Shown: positions 1 to 9,549, counted from the stretch's first letter. The stretch: DNA of 64,000 nucleotides from Acidimicrobiales bacterium (GCA_965116665.1 OZ220709.1:3051486-3115485), one strand, 5' to 3'. The notes: generated from the letters alone by a model not told the origin. A program made the numbers and translations.

Positions 1-52
1 CATGCACCGGCCCAACCCCGGCAGGATCGCCCGCGCCGGACTCGACGTTCAT
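1..52 (-). CDS. Probable second ABC permease (LivM-like), first 17 codons only, runs off the window
   Basis: ATG at 52 shares a TGATG junction with the stop of the upstream permease and the frame is open to position 1. Too short for homology, so the call rests on operon context only. Confidence 0.3.
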   Translation of the reverse strand, partial: MNVESGAGDPAGVGPVH

Positions 53-942
53 CACACCCGCTCCGCGGATCTCACATGCACCAGCCCCTGGGGCCGGAAG
101 ATGAAGAACAGCGCGATCAGCGCGAACACCACGCCATCGGTGATCCCGACCAGGTCCTCGGGAAGCCACGACCGCAGCAGCACTTCCGACACTCCGAGCA
201 GGAGTCCGCCGTAGACGGCTCCCTGCATGTTGCCGAGGCCGCCGATTATGGCCGCCAGGATGCCCTTGAGCAGCGGGCTCAAGCCGGTGGTCGGGCGGGC
301 CTGGCCGGTGCGCATCAAGAAGAAGATCGCGGCGATCCCGGCCAGGGCGCCGGCCAGGATGAAGGCTTGGCGGATCACCTTGTTGCTTCGCACACCCATC
401 AGCCGGGCCGCGTCGAAGTCCTCGGCCGCGGCCCGCAGCGATATCCCGAACATGGTGCGCTGCAGCAGGTAGAGGGTCGCCGCCAAGGTGGCTGCGGTGG
501 CTCCGATCACGGCGACGTCGATGACCTGGATGTTGAGGTCGCCGACCGACCAGACGCGGTCGGCCCAATCCGGGCGGGGGAAACTGCGCACGCTGGCGCC
601 CATGGTCATGACGAAGATGGCCTGCACCAGGAAGTGCACCGCGAACGAGGTCAGCAGCATGGTGAAGTCCGAGGATCCCCGGACCCACCGGAACGCGACG
701 AACTCGATGGCGATCGACGTTCCGACCGCTCCCAGGAAGATCAGCGGGGCTGCCGCCCACCACCCCCACCCGGCGGTGACGACCACCCCGAACGCGACAT
801 AGGCCGTGACGGTGATGAGTTCGCCATGGGCGAAGTTGACCATATGCATCACGCCGAAGATCACCGCGATCCCCAGCGCCAGCAGGGCGTAGATCGAGCC
901 CCGTCCCAGCCCGTCGATCAGGCTCTGCAGAAGGTCGATCAT
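52..942 (-). CDS. livH: Branched-chain amino acid ABC transporter permease (LivH family)
   Basis: 296 aa starting MIDLLQSLIDGLGRGSIYALLALG, polytopic and hydrophobic. The internal ATG at 942 was chosen because it overlaps the livF stop (ATGA) and the upstream 117 codons of the 413-aa ORF are R/G/P-rich junk. Confidence 0.85.
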   Translation of the reverse strand: MIDLLQSLIDGLGRGSIYALLALGIAVIFGVMHMVNFAHGELITVTAYVAFGVVVTAGWGWWAAAPLIFLGAVGTSIAIEFVAFRWVRGSSDFTMLLTSFAVHFLVQAIFVMTMGASVRSFPRPDWADRVWSVGDLNIQVIDVAVIGATAATLAATLYLLQRTMFGISLRAAAEDFDAARLMGVRSNKVIRQAFILAGALAGIAAIFFLMRTGQARPTTGLSPLLKGILAAIIGGLGNMQGAVYGGLLLGVSEVLLRSWLPEDLVGITDGVVFALIALFFIFRPQGLVHVRSAERV

Positions 943-1670
943 GCCCGCTCGGACGGATCCGGGTTTCCGGCGACCCCCACGAACGTGTCGAAGAGATCCT
1001 CGCGGGCAAGCAGGTCCGGCGCCGGGCCGTCGGCTGCGATCTCTCCCGTGCGCAGCACGTAGGCCCGGTCGGCCACCTCCAGCAGGCGGGTGGCGTTCTG
1101 CTCGACGACCAGCATGGTGCGCCCCTCGGTCCGCAGCCGGCCGATGAGGTCGAACACGAAGTCGACCAGCACCGGGGCCAGGCCCAGCGACGGCTCGTCC
1201 ATCAGCACGATGCGGGGGCTGCTCATCAACGCCCGGGCGATGGCGAGCTGCTGGGCCTCCCCGCCGGACAGGTACCCGGCCGCGGTCGACCACTTGTCCT
1301 TCAGCACCGGGAACAACTCCACCATCTCGTCGAGGCGCTCCGACCGCTCGTCGCCGCCGACAGTCACCCCGCCGATGCGCAGGTTCTCGACCACGGTCAT
1401 CTGGGCGAACAGGCGGCGGTGCTCCGGTACCAGGGCCAGACCTGCTCGGAGCATCCGGTCGGGGCTGGAGCCGGTGACCGGCTCACCGTCGAGCATCACC
1501 TGGCCCTCGGAGGGGCGCAGCAGCCCGGCAACGGTGTTGAGCAGCGTGGTCTTGCCCGCGCCGTTGGGGCCGATGAGGCCGACCACCTCATTGGCCCCGA
1601 CGGAGAGGCTCACCCGGCGCAGCGCCGAGATGGCCCCGTAGCGGGTCGTGAGACCGGATACGTCGAGCAT
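939..1670 (-). CDS. livF: Branched-chain amino acid ABC transporter ATP-binding protein (LivF type)
   Basis: 243 aa with Walker A GPNGAGKT, signature LSGGE and Walker B LVLMDEPS. The LivF-like stretch ALVPEHRRLFAQMTVVENL is present. Confidence 0.9.
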   Translation of the reverse strand: MLDVSGLTTRYGAISALRRVSLSVGANEVVGLIGPNGAGKTTLLNTVAGLLRPSEGQVMLDGEPVTGSSPDRMLRAGLALVPEHRRLFAQMTVVENLRIGGVTVGGDERSERLDEMVELFPVLKDKWSTAAGYLSGGEAQQLAIARALMSSPRIVLMDEPSLGLAPVLVDFVFDLIGRLRTEGRTMLVVEQNATRLLEVADRAYVLRTGEIAADGPAPDLLAREDLFDTFVGVAGNPDPSERA

Positions 1671-1722
1671 CGCGGCACCCTACCCGAGGGCTGTATCCCG
1701 CCCCGATACGCGGGAGCGGTGG

Positions 1723-3069
1723 CTACATCCTTGCGGCGAGGGCGGTCTCCCCGTTGACGATCTGCAGGATGTACACCGGCGTGTCGGGCGTGCCGTCGGT
1801 TCCCGCGTAGCCGATCGTGTCGGTGACCGCCTCGACGCCGGTGAGCTGTGAGATCGCTTCGGCGATGGCCAGCGGATCGGTCGAGCCCGCGTCGATGAAG
1901 CCCTGGATGGCCATGGTGATGGCATCGCCGGCGAGCGCCGCGAAGCCCGGCGCCTCGCTGGGCATGCCCTTGGCCGCCAGTCCGTCGTTGAGGCGCTCGT
2001 AGCGGTTGCCGCCGGTGCCGAAGCCGTGGTCGGTCCAGTACACGCCCTCGTTGTTGTCGATGACGGTGATGCCGCTCACCCCGAACGCGTCGGCCCCGAA
2101 GTAGGTGATGGAGTCGACGCCTCGCTCCTCGATGGCGCCCCGCAACGCATCGAGCTGGGGGGCGATCATGGCGGTGTAGAGGATCTCGGTGCCGTCGGCC
2201 ACGCCGACCACCTCGTTGGCGTGGGAGGCGAAGTCGAAGTCCTCGAAGGGCACGTAGCTCACATCGAGCACCAGCTCGCCGCCGAGCTCGGTGAACTTGG
2301 CCGCGAAGGTCTCGGGGTTGTACCCGAAGTACGGGCCCTCCGACGAGAACGTGATGGCCCGGGTGATGCCGGAATCGATGGCGAACTGGGCCGCGGCCTC
2401 GGCCTGCTGGGTGTCGCTGAACGTCGTCATGAACGAGTAGATCGACGGATCCGGCAGCACTGGCTCGGTCGACGCCACGAAGATCACCGCCCGGCTGGCG
2501 TTGACGGTCTGCAGCACCGCGTCGCCGGTGTCGGCGAACGGCGGGCCCAGGATCACATGGGCGCCGGCATCGAGCAGGTCCGCGGTGGCCCGCTGGGACA
2601 CCTCAGGATCGCCCTGGACGTCCTCGATGACGAACTCCACGGGATGCCCGCCGACGCCGCCGGCGCAGTTGATCAGGTCCACGTAGTACTGCCCGGCCTC
2701 CGAGATGGGGATGTCGGCGAAGCCGCCGACCTCGGACAGGTCGGCCGCGAAGCCGATGATGAACGGATCCCCGCTGGGCGCCGGTCCGCAGTTGTCGAGG
2801 TCGGCATCGAGGGCCGCGTCGACGTCGAAGCTCATCATCATGGGCTCTTCGGCGGCCATGGGCTCCTCTTCGGCCATCGGCTCCTCTTCGGCCATCGGCT
2901 CCTCTTCGGCCATGGGTTCCTCTTCGGCCATCGGCTCCTCTTCGGCCATCGGCGCGGCCGTGGTGCTGGCGGCAGGCGCGTCAGCGGTATCGTCCTCGTC
3001 GTCGCCGCAGGCGGCAGCCACCAGGGCCAGCACGGTGAGCGAAACGACGAGCAGCTTGTTCAGTCTCAT
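1723..3069 (-). CDS. ABC substrate-binding lipoprotein (Leu/Ile/Val-binding, type 1 periplasmic-binding fold) with repetitive acidic linker
   Basis: ATG at 3069 is preceded by GGAGGT. Signal peptide plus lipobox MRLNKLLVVSLTVLALVAAAC-GDD, followed by (PMAEEE)x6 and then the binding domain. Confidence 0.85.
   Translation of the reverse strand: MRLNKLLVVSLTVLALVAAACGDDEDDTADAPAASTTAAPMAEEEPMAEEEPMAEEEPMAEEEPMAEEEPMAAEEPMMMSFDVDAALDADLDNCGPAPSGDPFIIGFAADLSEVGGFADIPISEAGQYYVDLINCAGGVGGHPVEFVIEDVQGDPEVSQRATADLLDAGAHVILGPPFADTGDAVLQTVNASRAVIFVASTEPVLPDPSIYSFMTTFSDTQQAEAAAQFAIDSGITRAITFSSEGPYFGYNPETFAAKFTELGGELVLDVSYVPFEDFDFASHANEVVGVADGTEILYTAMIAPQLDALRGAIEERGVDSITYFGADAFGVSGITVIDNNEGVYWTDHGFGTGGNRYERLNDGLAAKGMPSEAPGFAALAGDAITMAIQGFIDAGSTDPLAIAEAISQLTGVEAVTDTIGYAGTDGTPDTPVYILQIVNGETALAARM
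2839..2949. repeat. 18-bp tandem repeat, six units plus a partial unit, in frame
   Basis: Plus-strand unit is cat[c/g]gg[c/t]tcctcttcggc. On the minus strand it encodes AEEEPM/PMAEEE, immediately after the lipobox of the binding protein. Confidence 0.95.
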
Positions 3070-3134
3070 GGGGACCTCCAAAGATCTTGTGGACCATTCC
3101 GACATGTTGTCGGATGAAGGCTTAGCATAATATC

Positions 3135-3150
3135 CGTTTGGTAGCAAACG
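3135..3150. promoter_or_regulatory. Inverted repeat CGTTTG-GTAG-CAAACG, candidate MarR operator
   Basis: Perfect 6-4-6 inverted repeat in the 96-bp divergent region between the binding-protein gene (start 3069) and marR (GTG 3166). Confidence 0.3.
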
Positions 3151-3165
3151 AAATCGGGATCCGTA

Positions 3166-3669
3166 GTGCAGAATCGAGCCGACCCCCGCCTTCTCGACGC
3201 CGAGCGCCTCATCCAGGAGCGCCTCGGCGACCGGCGCCTGGACTTCGACTCGATGCTGGCCGTGTCGAACATCTACCGGGCCGCGACCGCGGTGCGCCGC
3301 CGGGCCGAGAAGGGTGTCCTGTCGGAGTTCGGTCTCTCCTGGGGAGGGTTCACGACGCTGTGGGTCCTGTGGGTCTGGGGCGAGATGCGGTCCGCCGACC
3401 TCGCCGACGAGTGCGACCTCTCGAAGGGGACGCTGACGGGCGTGGTGAAGACGCTGGAGAAGCGGGGCTTCGTCCAACGCAAGCAGGTCGAGGAGGACCG
3501 CCGGAAGGTCACCGTCTCGCTCACCGACGCCGGGCTGGAGGCCATCGAGCAGCTCTTCCCGCTCTTCAACGTTCTTGAGGGCGAGATGGTGGGCGACCTC
3601 TCGACGAGCGAGAAACAGGAGATGGCCGAGCTCCTCCGCCGGGTGATCGTCGCAGCCGGCTCGCCCTGA
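3166..3669 (+). CDS. MarR family transcriptional regulator
   Basis: 167 aa with a winged-HTH core: SWGGFTTLWVLWVWGEMRSADLADECDLSKGTLTGVVKTLEKRGFVQRKQVEEDRRKVTVSLTDAG. Confidence 0.85.
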   Translation: MQNRADPRLLDAERLIQERLGDRRLDFDSMLAVSNIYRAATAVRRRAEKGVLSEFGLSWGGFTTLWVLWVWGEMRSADLADECDLSKGTLTGVVKTLEKRGFVQRKQVEEDRRKVTVSLTDAGLEAIEQLFPLFNVLEGEMVGDLSTSEKQEMAELLRRVIVAAGSP

Positions 3670-3687
3670 GCGGGTCGGGCGAGCCGG

Positions 3688-5088
3688 TCAGGCGCTGGAG
3701 TCGATCAGATCCCAGAGCGCCTCGACATGGGCCCGGCCCGTCCATGTGGAACCCACCGAGATGCGGGCGTAGCGCACTCCGTCGACCTTCGAGGCGGTTA
3801 TGTAGAACCTCCCGTCGTCGTTGATGCGATCGACCAGCTCGTCGGTCGCATCGTTGCCGTCGACATGGACGAATGAAACCAACGCGAACGGCGTGGGAGC
3901 GATGGTTGCGAGCTTGGGGTGGGCGTCGATGCGGCCGGCCAGCTCACGGGCCCAGCCGACGTGGGCGCGGATCATCCGGCGCAGGCCCGCCGCGCCGAAG
4001 CAGCGCAGCACGAACCACAGCTTCAGCGCCCGGAACGGCCGGCCGAGGGGGCCGTGCCAGTCCCGGTAGTCGATCACCTGCCCGGACTCGGAATCCTCGT
4101 CGCGCAAGTAGGGCGGCAGGACGCTCAGAGCTTCGATGAGCGGCCGGCGATCGGCCACCCACATCACCGAGCAGTCGATGTTGGTGGCCAGCCACTTGTG
4201 GGGGTTGAACGTGTAGCTGTCCACCAGCTCCAGACCGTCCTGATGGTGGCGGAACTCCTCGCAGATCATGGCCGAGCCCGCATAGGCCGCGTCGACGTGG
4301 TGCCACATCTGCTCGGCCCGGGCGATCTCGCCGAAGCGCCGCACCGGATCGACGCCGGTGGTGCCGGTGGTGCCTACCGCCGAGCACACGAAGGCCGGTG
4401 CGAGACCGGCCTGGCGGTCCTCGGCAACGCTCGCGGCGAGCGCGTCGGGTCGGGCCGCGAACTCGCGGTCGGTCGCCAGCAGCCTGATGTGCCCGTAGCC
4501 GGCCATCCGGGCCCCCTTCTCGATCGAGGAGTGGGCGTGACTCGACGTGTAGGCGACCAGGTCCTTCGGGCCGGCTCCGCTCCGCAGCAGGCACCGCTCT
4601 CGGGCTACGACCAGCGCGGTGTGGGTTGACGCTGACGCGCCCGACTGCAGCACCCCGCCGCCTGCACCCGTTGTCTTCCATTGCTGGGGCACGCCGAGAA
4701 GGTCGACGAGCCAGTCGAGCACATGGGACTCGATCTCGGTCGCTGCCGGCGAGGTGGACCACAGCATCCCCTGCACGCCGATGCCGGCTGCGGCCAGCTC
4801 GCCCAGGATCGCGGGTGGCGACGACTGGGCCGGGAAGTACGCGAACCACCCCGGATGCTGCCAATGGGTCAGCCCCGGGGCAACCACCCGGTCGAGGTCG
4901 GCCAGGACCGAATCGAAAGCCTCTGGGGCCTCCGGGGCGCGCTCTGGCAGCTTGGCCCGCACGTCGCCCGGCTGCACGGGCTCACGCACGGGTCGGTCCT
5001 CCAGTCCGCCGAGGTAGTCGACGACCCAGTCGACGAGGGCGTAGGCGTTGCGCCGGAACGCCTCGAGGTCGAGCGCGTCTGGTTCCAA
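3688..5088 (-). CDS. Group II PLP-dependent decarboxylase (aromatic-L-amino-acid/tyrosine decarboxylase-like)
   Basis: 466 aa with the NPHKW PLP-lysine motif (SYTFNPHKWL), HWQHPGWFAYFP and SGASASTHTALV. TTG start at 5088 lies 7 nt after GGAGG. The 707-aa ORF extension overlaps the next gene. Confidence 0.85.
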   Translation of the reverse strand: MEPDALDLEAFRRNAYALVDWVVDYLGGLEDRPVREPVQPGDVRAKLPERAPEAPEAFDSVLADLDRVVAPGLTHWQHPGWFAYFPAQSSPPAILGELAAAGIGVQGMLWSTSPAATEIESHVLDWLVDLLGVPQQWKTTGAGGGVLQSGASASTHTALVVARERCLLRSGAGPKDLVAYTSSHAHSSIEKGARMAGYGHIRLLATDREFAARPDALAASVAEDRQAGLAPAFVCSAVGTTGTTGVDPVRRFGEIARAEQMWHHVDAAYAGSAMICEEFRHHQDGLELVDSYTFNPHKWLATNIDCSVMWVADRRPLIEALSVLPPYLRDEDSESGQVIDYRDWHGPLGRPFRALKLWFVLRCFGAAGLRRMIRAHVGWARELAGRIDAHPKLATIAPTPFALVSFVHVDGNDATDELVDRINDDGRFYITASKVDGVRYARISVGSTWTGRAHVEALWDLIDSSA

Positions 5089-5099
5089 GGCGCTACCTC

Positions 5100-6035
5100 C
5101 TAGGCGCCGAGACGAGTGCAGTAGTCGACCATGCGCCGGCAGATGGAGGGCACCTCGCTGATGGCGTCGGTGTACTGCGACGGTTTCATGCAGAACAGCG
5201 TGTAGCCGGCCCCGACCTGACCATCGATCGCTGCCATGGCCTCGTCGACGTCGGCCACCGCGTCGGGCGAGGCGAATGTGGCCCGGGTGCCGCCCACTAG
5301 TTCGATCTCGGAGATGTCCCGCCCGACCGCGGCCAACCCTGCGGCCAGCTGGGCCAGATCCTCGGCCGTGGGGGCCCCGAAGGGGTGGAACCCGCTGCCG
5401 AAGCGGGCCATGCGGCGGATCAGAGCCGGGTGCATCCACTCGCCGCCGAACCACATGCGAGGACCCTCCGACCGCCAGGCCTTCGGCTCGCAGTACACGT
5501 CGGTGAAGCTGAAGTACCGGCCCTGGTAGCTGGCGGGCGAGCCCGCCCAGAGCCGCGACATGGCCTCCAGGTGCTCGTCGAGGATGCGGCCCCGCTCCGA
5601 GAAGGGCACACCGTGAGCCTCGTACTCGGCCCGCTGCCACGACACGGTGGGCTGCACCACCAGCCGGCCCTCGCACAGCAGGTCGATGGTGGCCAGGTCC
5701 TTGGCCAGCAGGATCGGATGCCGCAACGGCGCGATGATGGCGCCGGCCACCACCCGGACCCGGCTGGTGGCGGCGGCCACCGCGGCCAGGGTGGCGACCG
5801 AACTGGGCCACGGCGTCGTCGGATCCTGGTTCCCGATGGCCGCGTACATCCGGGGATTGCTCATCAGCCCACCGGTGGCGGCATCGGGGCCGAGCATCGT
5901 CTGTTCGCTGACCATCACTGCGTCGAAGCCGCTGTCCTCGGCGATCCGGGCCAGGTCGATCAGTCCCCGCATGTCGCGGGGGTCGAGCATGGTGTGGTTC
6001 TCGGTGAGGATCATCAACATTTGTGGCGGCGCCAT
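5100..6035 (-). CDS. Luciferase-like (LLM class) oxidoreductase, probably F420-dependent
   Basis: 311 aa with ILTENHTML, RVRVVAGAIIAPLRHPILLAKDLATIDLL and GRLVVQPTVSW. Close paralogue of the gene at 13589-14596. Confidence 0.8.
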   Translation of the reverse strand: MAPPQMLMILTENHTMLDPRDMRGLIDLARIAEDSGFDAVMVSEQTMLGPDAATGGLMSNPRMYAAIGNQDPTTPWPSSVATLAAVAAATSRVRVVAGAIIAPLRHPILLAKDLATIDLLCEGRLVVQPTVSWQRAEYEAHGVPFSERGRILDEHLEAMSRLWAGSPASYQGRYFSFTDVYCEPKAWRSEGPRMWFGGEWMHPALIRRMARFGSGFHPFGAPTAEDLAQLAAGLAAVGRDISEIELVGGTRATFASPDAVADVDEAMAAIDGQVGAGYTLFCMKPSQYTDAISEVPSICRRMVDYCTRLGA

Positions 6036-6073
6036 GTCAACGCGCCTTGCAGTGCCGGGTCGGGTCGTTCACG

Positions 6074-6832
6074 TCAAGGCTCCAGCAGATCGAATGGACC
6101 GAGGGCGACCGCGCCGCCGTCGAGGCGGAAGGACACGCCGGTGGCGAACCGGCCCGCCGGTGCCACCAGGTAATGCACCAGGGCTGCGATCTCGTCGGGC
6201 TCGCCGGCTCGCCCCGCGATGTTCACCGACACACCCGCCTCAGAGAGTTCGCGGATCACACCGCTGGCCATCGGCGTGTCCACGATTCCCGGATCGACCT
6301 GCGCGACCCTGATGCCGTCGGCCCGCCACTCCTTGGCCAGCGCCACCGTGACCGCGGCCAGCCCGGCCTTGGTCGCCCCGTAGACGGCACCGCCCGCGGA
6401 GGGCCTCACCGCGTCCACCGAGCCGATCATCACCACCGCGGCGTCGCCGGCCGCAGCCAGATGCGGATGGGCCAGCTGGCATAGCCGCAGGGGAGTCCAG
6501 AGGTTGAGTCCGACCAGCCCGTCGAAGTACTCCCGGTCAAGCTCGCCGAGAGGCAGCCAGTCGCCCCGGCCCGCGTTGTTCACCAGGATGTCGAGCCCGC
6601 CGAGCGCGCCGACGGCCTCGTCGATCACCCGATCGACAGCCTCGGCATCGGCCAGATCGGCCACGAGCGCACGCACCGAGCCCTGCGCCTGCGGCACTCG
6701 CCCCGACCGCGACACCGCCACCACGTCGGCGCCCGCACCGGCCAGCCTGGCTGCGACGGCGCCCCCGATCCCGGCCGACGCACCGGTGACCACGGCGCGC
6801 CTGCCGGTCAGATCGAAAGCCGCGTCGGGCAC
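6074..6832 (-). CDS. Short-chain dehydrogenase/reductase (SDR)
   Basis: 252 aa with the TGASAGIG cofactor motif, NNAG and YGATKAG (YxxxK). GTG start. Confidence 0.85.
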   Translation of the reverse strand: MPDAAFDLTGRRAVVTGASAGIGGAVAARLAGAGADVVAVSRSGRVPQAQGSVRALVADLADAEAVDRVIDEAVGALGGLDILVNNAGRGDWLPLGELDREYFDGLVGLNLWTPLRLCQLAHPHLAAAGDAAVVMIGSVDAVRPSAGGAVYGATKAGLAAVTVALAKEWRADGIRVAQVDPGIVDTPMASGVIRELSEAGVSVNIAGRAGEPDEIAALVHYLVAPAGRFATGVSFRLDGGAVALGPFDLLEP

Positions 6833-6917
6833 GGAGCCACCCTAGCTACGTGATGTCCATGCTCAGATGCCGGAGGGAGTCTCGGTTCTCACGTTCGTCA
6901 AACGTTGGCTTGTCACA

Positions 6918-6947
6918 CTCGAATACAAACATATGTTCGTATTCGAG
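6918..6947. promoter_or_regulatory. 30-bp near-perfect palindrome upstream of the methylase (candidate operator)
   Basis: ctcgaatacaaacatatgttcgtattcgag: 14 of 15 symmetric pairs match. It ends 27 nt before the methylase ATG, in a locally AT-richer leader. Confidence 0.5.
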
Positions 6948-6973
6948 GTATCCCCCACACGGAGGGCGACGCG

Positions 6974-8638
6974 ATGCCAAACTGCAACCAAATGACGCTG
7001 ATCGACTGCGAGACAGGTTCACCGGCCGCCGTCATGGACGGGCTGTGCGACGAGCAGGACCTCGCGAGTATTGCTTGGTCGATCATCCGTGACGGCCAGC
7101 TTGCCGAGCTTTCAGAACCCGAGTGCGAACTCGTACAGGCCCTAGAGGTTCCCGGCCACGCTGCTCACGACAGCGGACTGATCGACCTGATCCGCTCGGG
7201 TCAGGACCCTCTGGGCGACGCTCTCATGCACTTGCGCCCACCCGACCAGCGCAGGCCGCTCGGCGCGACCTACACACCTTCCGAGATCGTTTCCTCGATC
7301 GTTACCTGGGTAGCGGCACGGTCAAGGCCAGCCCGCGTTATCGATCCTGGAACAGGCTCGGCCCGGTTCCTGCTGGAAGCTGGTCATGTGCTGCCGGAAG
7401 CCCTGCTGGTCGGGGTGGAGATCGACCCACTCGCCGCACTACTGGCCCGGGCCAACCTCACGGCGGCGGGTCTTGACCATCGGGCGCAGATCCTGGTGCG
7501 AGATTATCGCGACGCTGACTTTGGCGAGTTCAAGAGCACCACCGCCTACATCGGGAATCCGCCCTACGTCCGCCACCACCAGATCGAGCCGGAATGGAAG
7601 GAATGGTTGGCTGCAAGCTCGGCCTCCCTCGGGCTGAAGGCCAGCGGCCTCGCCGGGATGCACGTCCACTTCATGTTGGCCACGGCCCTGCATTCCCGGC
7701 CTGGCGACCTCGGCGCGTTCGTGACCTCGTCAGAGTGGCTCGACGTCAATTACGGCCACCTCCCGAGGATGCTGTTCGCGACCCGGCTAGGCGGAGTCTC
7801 GATCCACCTAGTTGATCCGCATGCCACACCCTTCGCCGACGCAGCAACCACTGCGGCCGTCACCTGCTTTGAGGTAGGCGAGCCTGGTGCGTCGATTCGC
7901 ATGGAGCGGGTCCCGAGCACGTCCGACCTGGGCGTGCTGGACGGCGGGCGGGCTTTCAGCCGACGACAGTTGCGCGCCGCGCCGAGATGGTCAGCGCTGC
8001 TCAACGGCTCCAAGAAGCCACCCGAAGGTTACGTAGAGCTGGGCGAGATCTGTCGTGTGCATCGTGGTGCAGTGACCGGCGCAAACTCCATATGGATCAC
8101 CGACGCTGACGACCCGGCCCTGCCACCGGATGTACTCCTTCCGTCGATCACTCGGGCAGCCGAACTCTTCAACGCTTCGGACGGTGTTCTGTCAAGCACA
8201 CATGGTCTACGGGCCGTGATCGCCCTACCAGCCGACCTCGAAATGTTCGACGAAGCTGACCGACTCCTCATCGACAGGTTCCTTCGGTCTGCCGAGCGAC
8301 GCGGGGTCCGCTCCGGCTACATCGCTCGCAATCGCAACCCCTGGTGGGCTGTGGGCCTTCGGACGCCTGCTCCCATCCTCGCGACCTACATGGCAAGGCG
8401 TCCGCCGGCGTTCGTCCGCAATCTCTCGACGGCCCGCAATGTGAACGTCGTTCACGGCATCTATCCACGCGAGGCCATGTCCGCTACTTCCCTCAATGCA
8501 CTGGCGGCAGCGCTGCGCGCCGCAGCCCCATCTGCGGTTGGACGAACCTACGCCGGCGGCCTCGTCAAGTTCGAGCCGTCCGAAATGGGCCGAATCCCTG
8601 TGCCAGAGCCCGCAGTGCTGGGAGAGATGGCGGCGTGA
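6974..8638 (+). CDS. Type II N6-adenine DNA methyltransferase (gamma class, Eco57I/TaqI-like architecture)
   Basis: 554 aa. Motif X GATYTPSEIV, motif I VIDPGTGSARFLLEA, motif IV GNPPYV, and a C-terminal specificity-type domain. ATG at 6974 is preceded by GGAGGG at 7-nt spacing. Confidence 0.85.
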   Translation: MPNCNQMTLIDCETGSPAAVMDGLCDEQDLASIAWSIIRDGQLAELSEPECELVQALEVPGHAAHDSGLIDLIRSGQDPLGDALMHLRPPDQRRPLGATYTPSEIVSSIVTWVAARSRPARVIDPGTGSARFLLEAGHVLPEALLVGVEIDPLAALLARANLTAAGLDHRAQILVRDYRDADFGEFKSTTAYIGNPPYVRHHQIEPEWKEWLAASSASLGLKASGLAGMHVHFMLATALHSRPGDLGAFVTSSEWLDVNYGHLPRMLFATRLGGVSIHLVDPHATPFADAATTAAVTCFEVGEPGASIRMERVPSTSDLGVLDGGRAFSRRQLRAAPRWSALLNGSKKPPEGYVELGEICRVHRGAVTGANSIWITDADDPALPPDVLLPSITRAAELFNASDGVLSSTHGLRAVIALPADLEMFDEADRLLIDRFLRSAERRGVRSGYIARNRNPWWAVGLRTPAPILATYMARRPPAFVRNLSTARNVNVVHGIYPREAMSATSLNALAAALRAAAPSAVGRTYAGGLVKFEPSEMGRIPVPEPAVLGEMAA

Positions 8639-9549
8639 TCCTGATCGATCCGCCTCGCTGGAACGAAGGCGAACTCGACGAACAGATCGCCCGAGCACTC
8701 AAGGCGTTCCGCGAAGAGCGGGTCACCGAGCCCGTCGAGCAGTACCGACACGTCTTCGACGAGTTCGCGGCCCGTGTCAGGATGCTGCTTGCGGTGACGG
8801 ACAATTTGTCGACGCTGCAGGACGCCTCACCGGACCTGCTAGCCGATGAGGACACCTTGGACGCGTTGCGCTACTTGGCAGGGCCTCCGATCTCAGCCGA
8901 CGACCTCAAGACGCTGTCGGGCGCTTCGCTCGCGCCGAGTCGTTTGCGAGATGATCCCGTGGCAGCCAAGCGAATACTCGACACCGTCTTGGCGAGCCTT
9001 GACACCAAGCGGTTCCCGTGGATTGAGGATCATCGCCACCCGGACAGCGCGGAACTGCGCGCTGCGGCCATCGCCTCTGCGAGCCTCATGGCCACCCAGC
9101 GAGTGCAGACGGACCGACGGAATTCAGCGAAGAGCGACCAAGAAGACCGGGTGGCGGAGTACCTGTCGGGGATCGGCCTGAAGTCCGTCAAGTCGCGCCA
9201 GATCAGCACTCACAGCGATGCTCCTGCACGGGGATCATTCTGTGGAGAGTCACCGTTCGGTGGTCGGAAGGCCGACCTTGTCGTTCATCTTCATGACGGG
9301 CGCCTCATGCCCATCGAATGCAAGGTTTCCAATTCCGCCACCAACTCCGTGAAGCGCCTCAACAACGACGCTGCGGCCAAAGCAACCGCGTGGATCGACT
9401 ACTTCGGCCGCGGCCAGACCGTTCCCTGCGCCGTCCTGTCGGGCGTCTTCAAGAGACACAACGTGGTGCAGGCGCAGGAGGCCGGGCTGACGATCTTCTG
9501 GGCGCACGACCTGCAGCCGCTGGGCGATTTCATACTCTCGGCCAGATAG
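8635..9549 (+). CDS. Type II restriction endonuclease, PD-(D/E)xK (recalled as XamI-like family)
   Basis: 304 aa. GTG at 8635 overlaps the methylase stop (GTGA). Catalytic-looking stretch is KADLVVHLHDGRLMPIECKVS. The family assignment is from memory and not searched. Confidence 0.65.
   Translation: MILIDPPRWNEGELDEQIARALKAFREERVTEPVEQYRHVFDEFAARVRMLLAVTDNLSTLQDASPDLLADEDTLDALRYLAGPPISADDLKTLSGASLAPSRLRDDPVAAKRILDTVLASLDTKRFPWIEDHRHPDSAELRAAAIASASLMATQRVQTDRRNSAKSDQEDRVAEYLSGIGLKSVKSRQISTHSDAPARGSFCGESPFGGRKADLVVHLHDGRLMPIECKVSNSATNSVKRLNNDAAAKATAWIDYFGRGQTVPCAVLSGVFKRHNVVQAQEAGLTIFWAHDLQPLGDFILSAR

Noticed and set aside
5089-5811. N-terminal extension of the decarboxylase ORF (the 707-aa version)
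   Set aside because: It overlaps the LLM oxidoreductase gene and is R/G/P junk. A TTG with a GGAGG RBS at 5088 yields the expected ~466-aa decarboxylase.
8344-8634. Upstream 97 codons of the nuclease ORF
   Set aside because: They lie inside the methylase gene in another frame. GTG 8635 with a GTGA overlap is the natural start.
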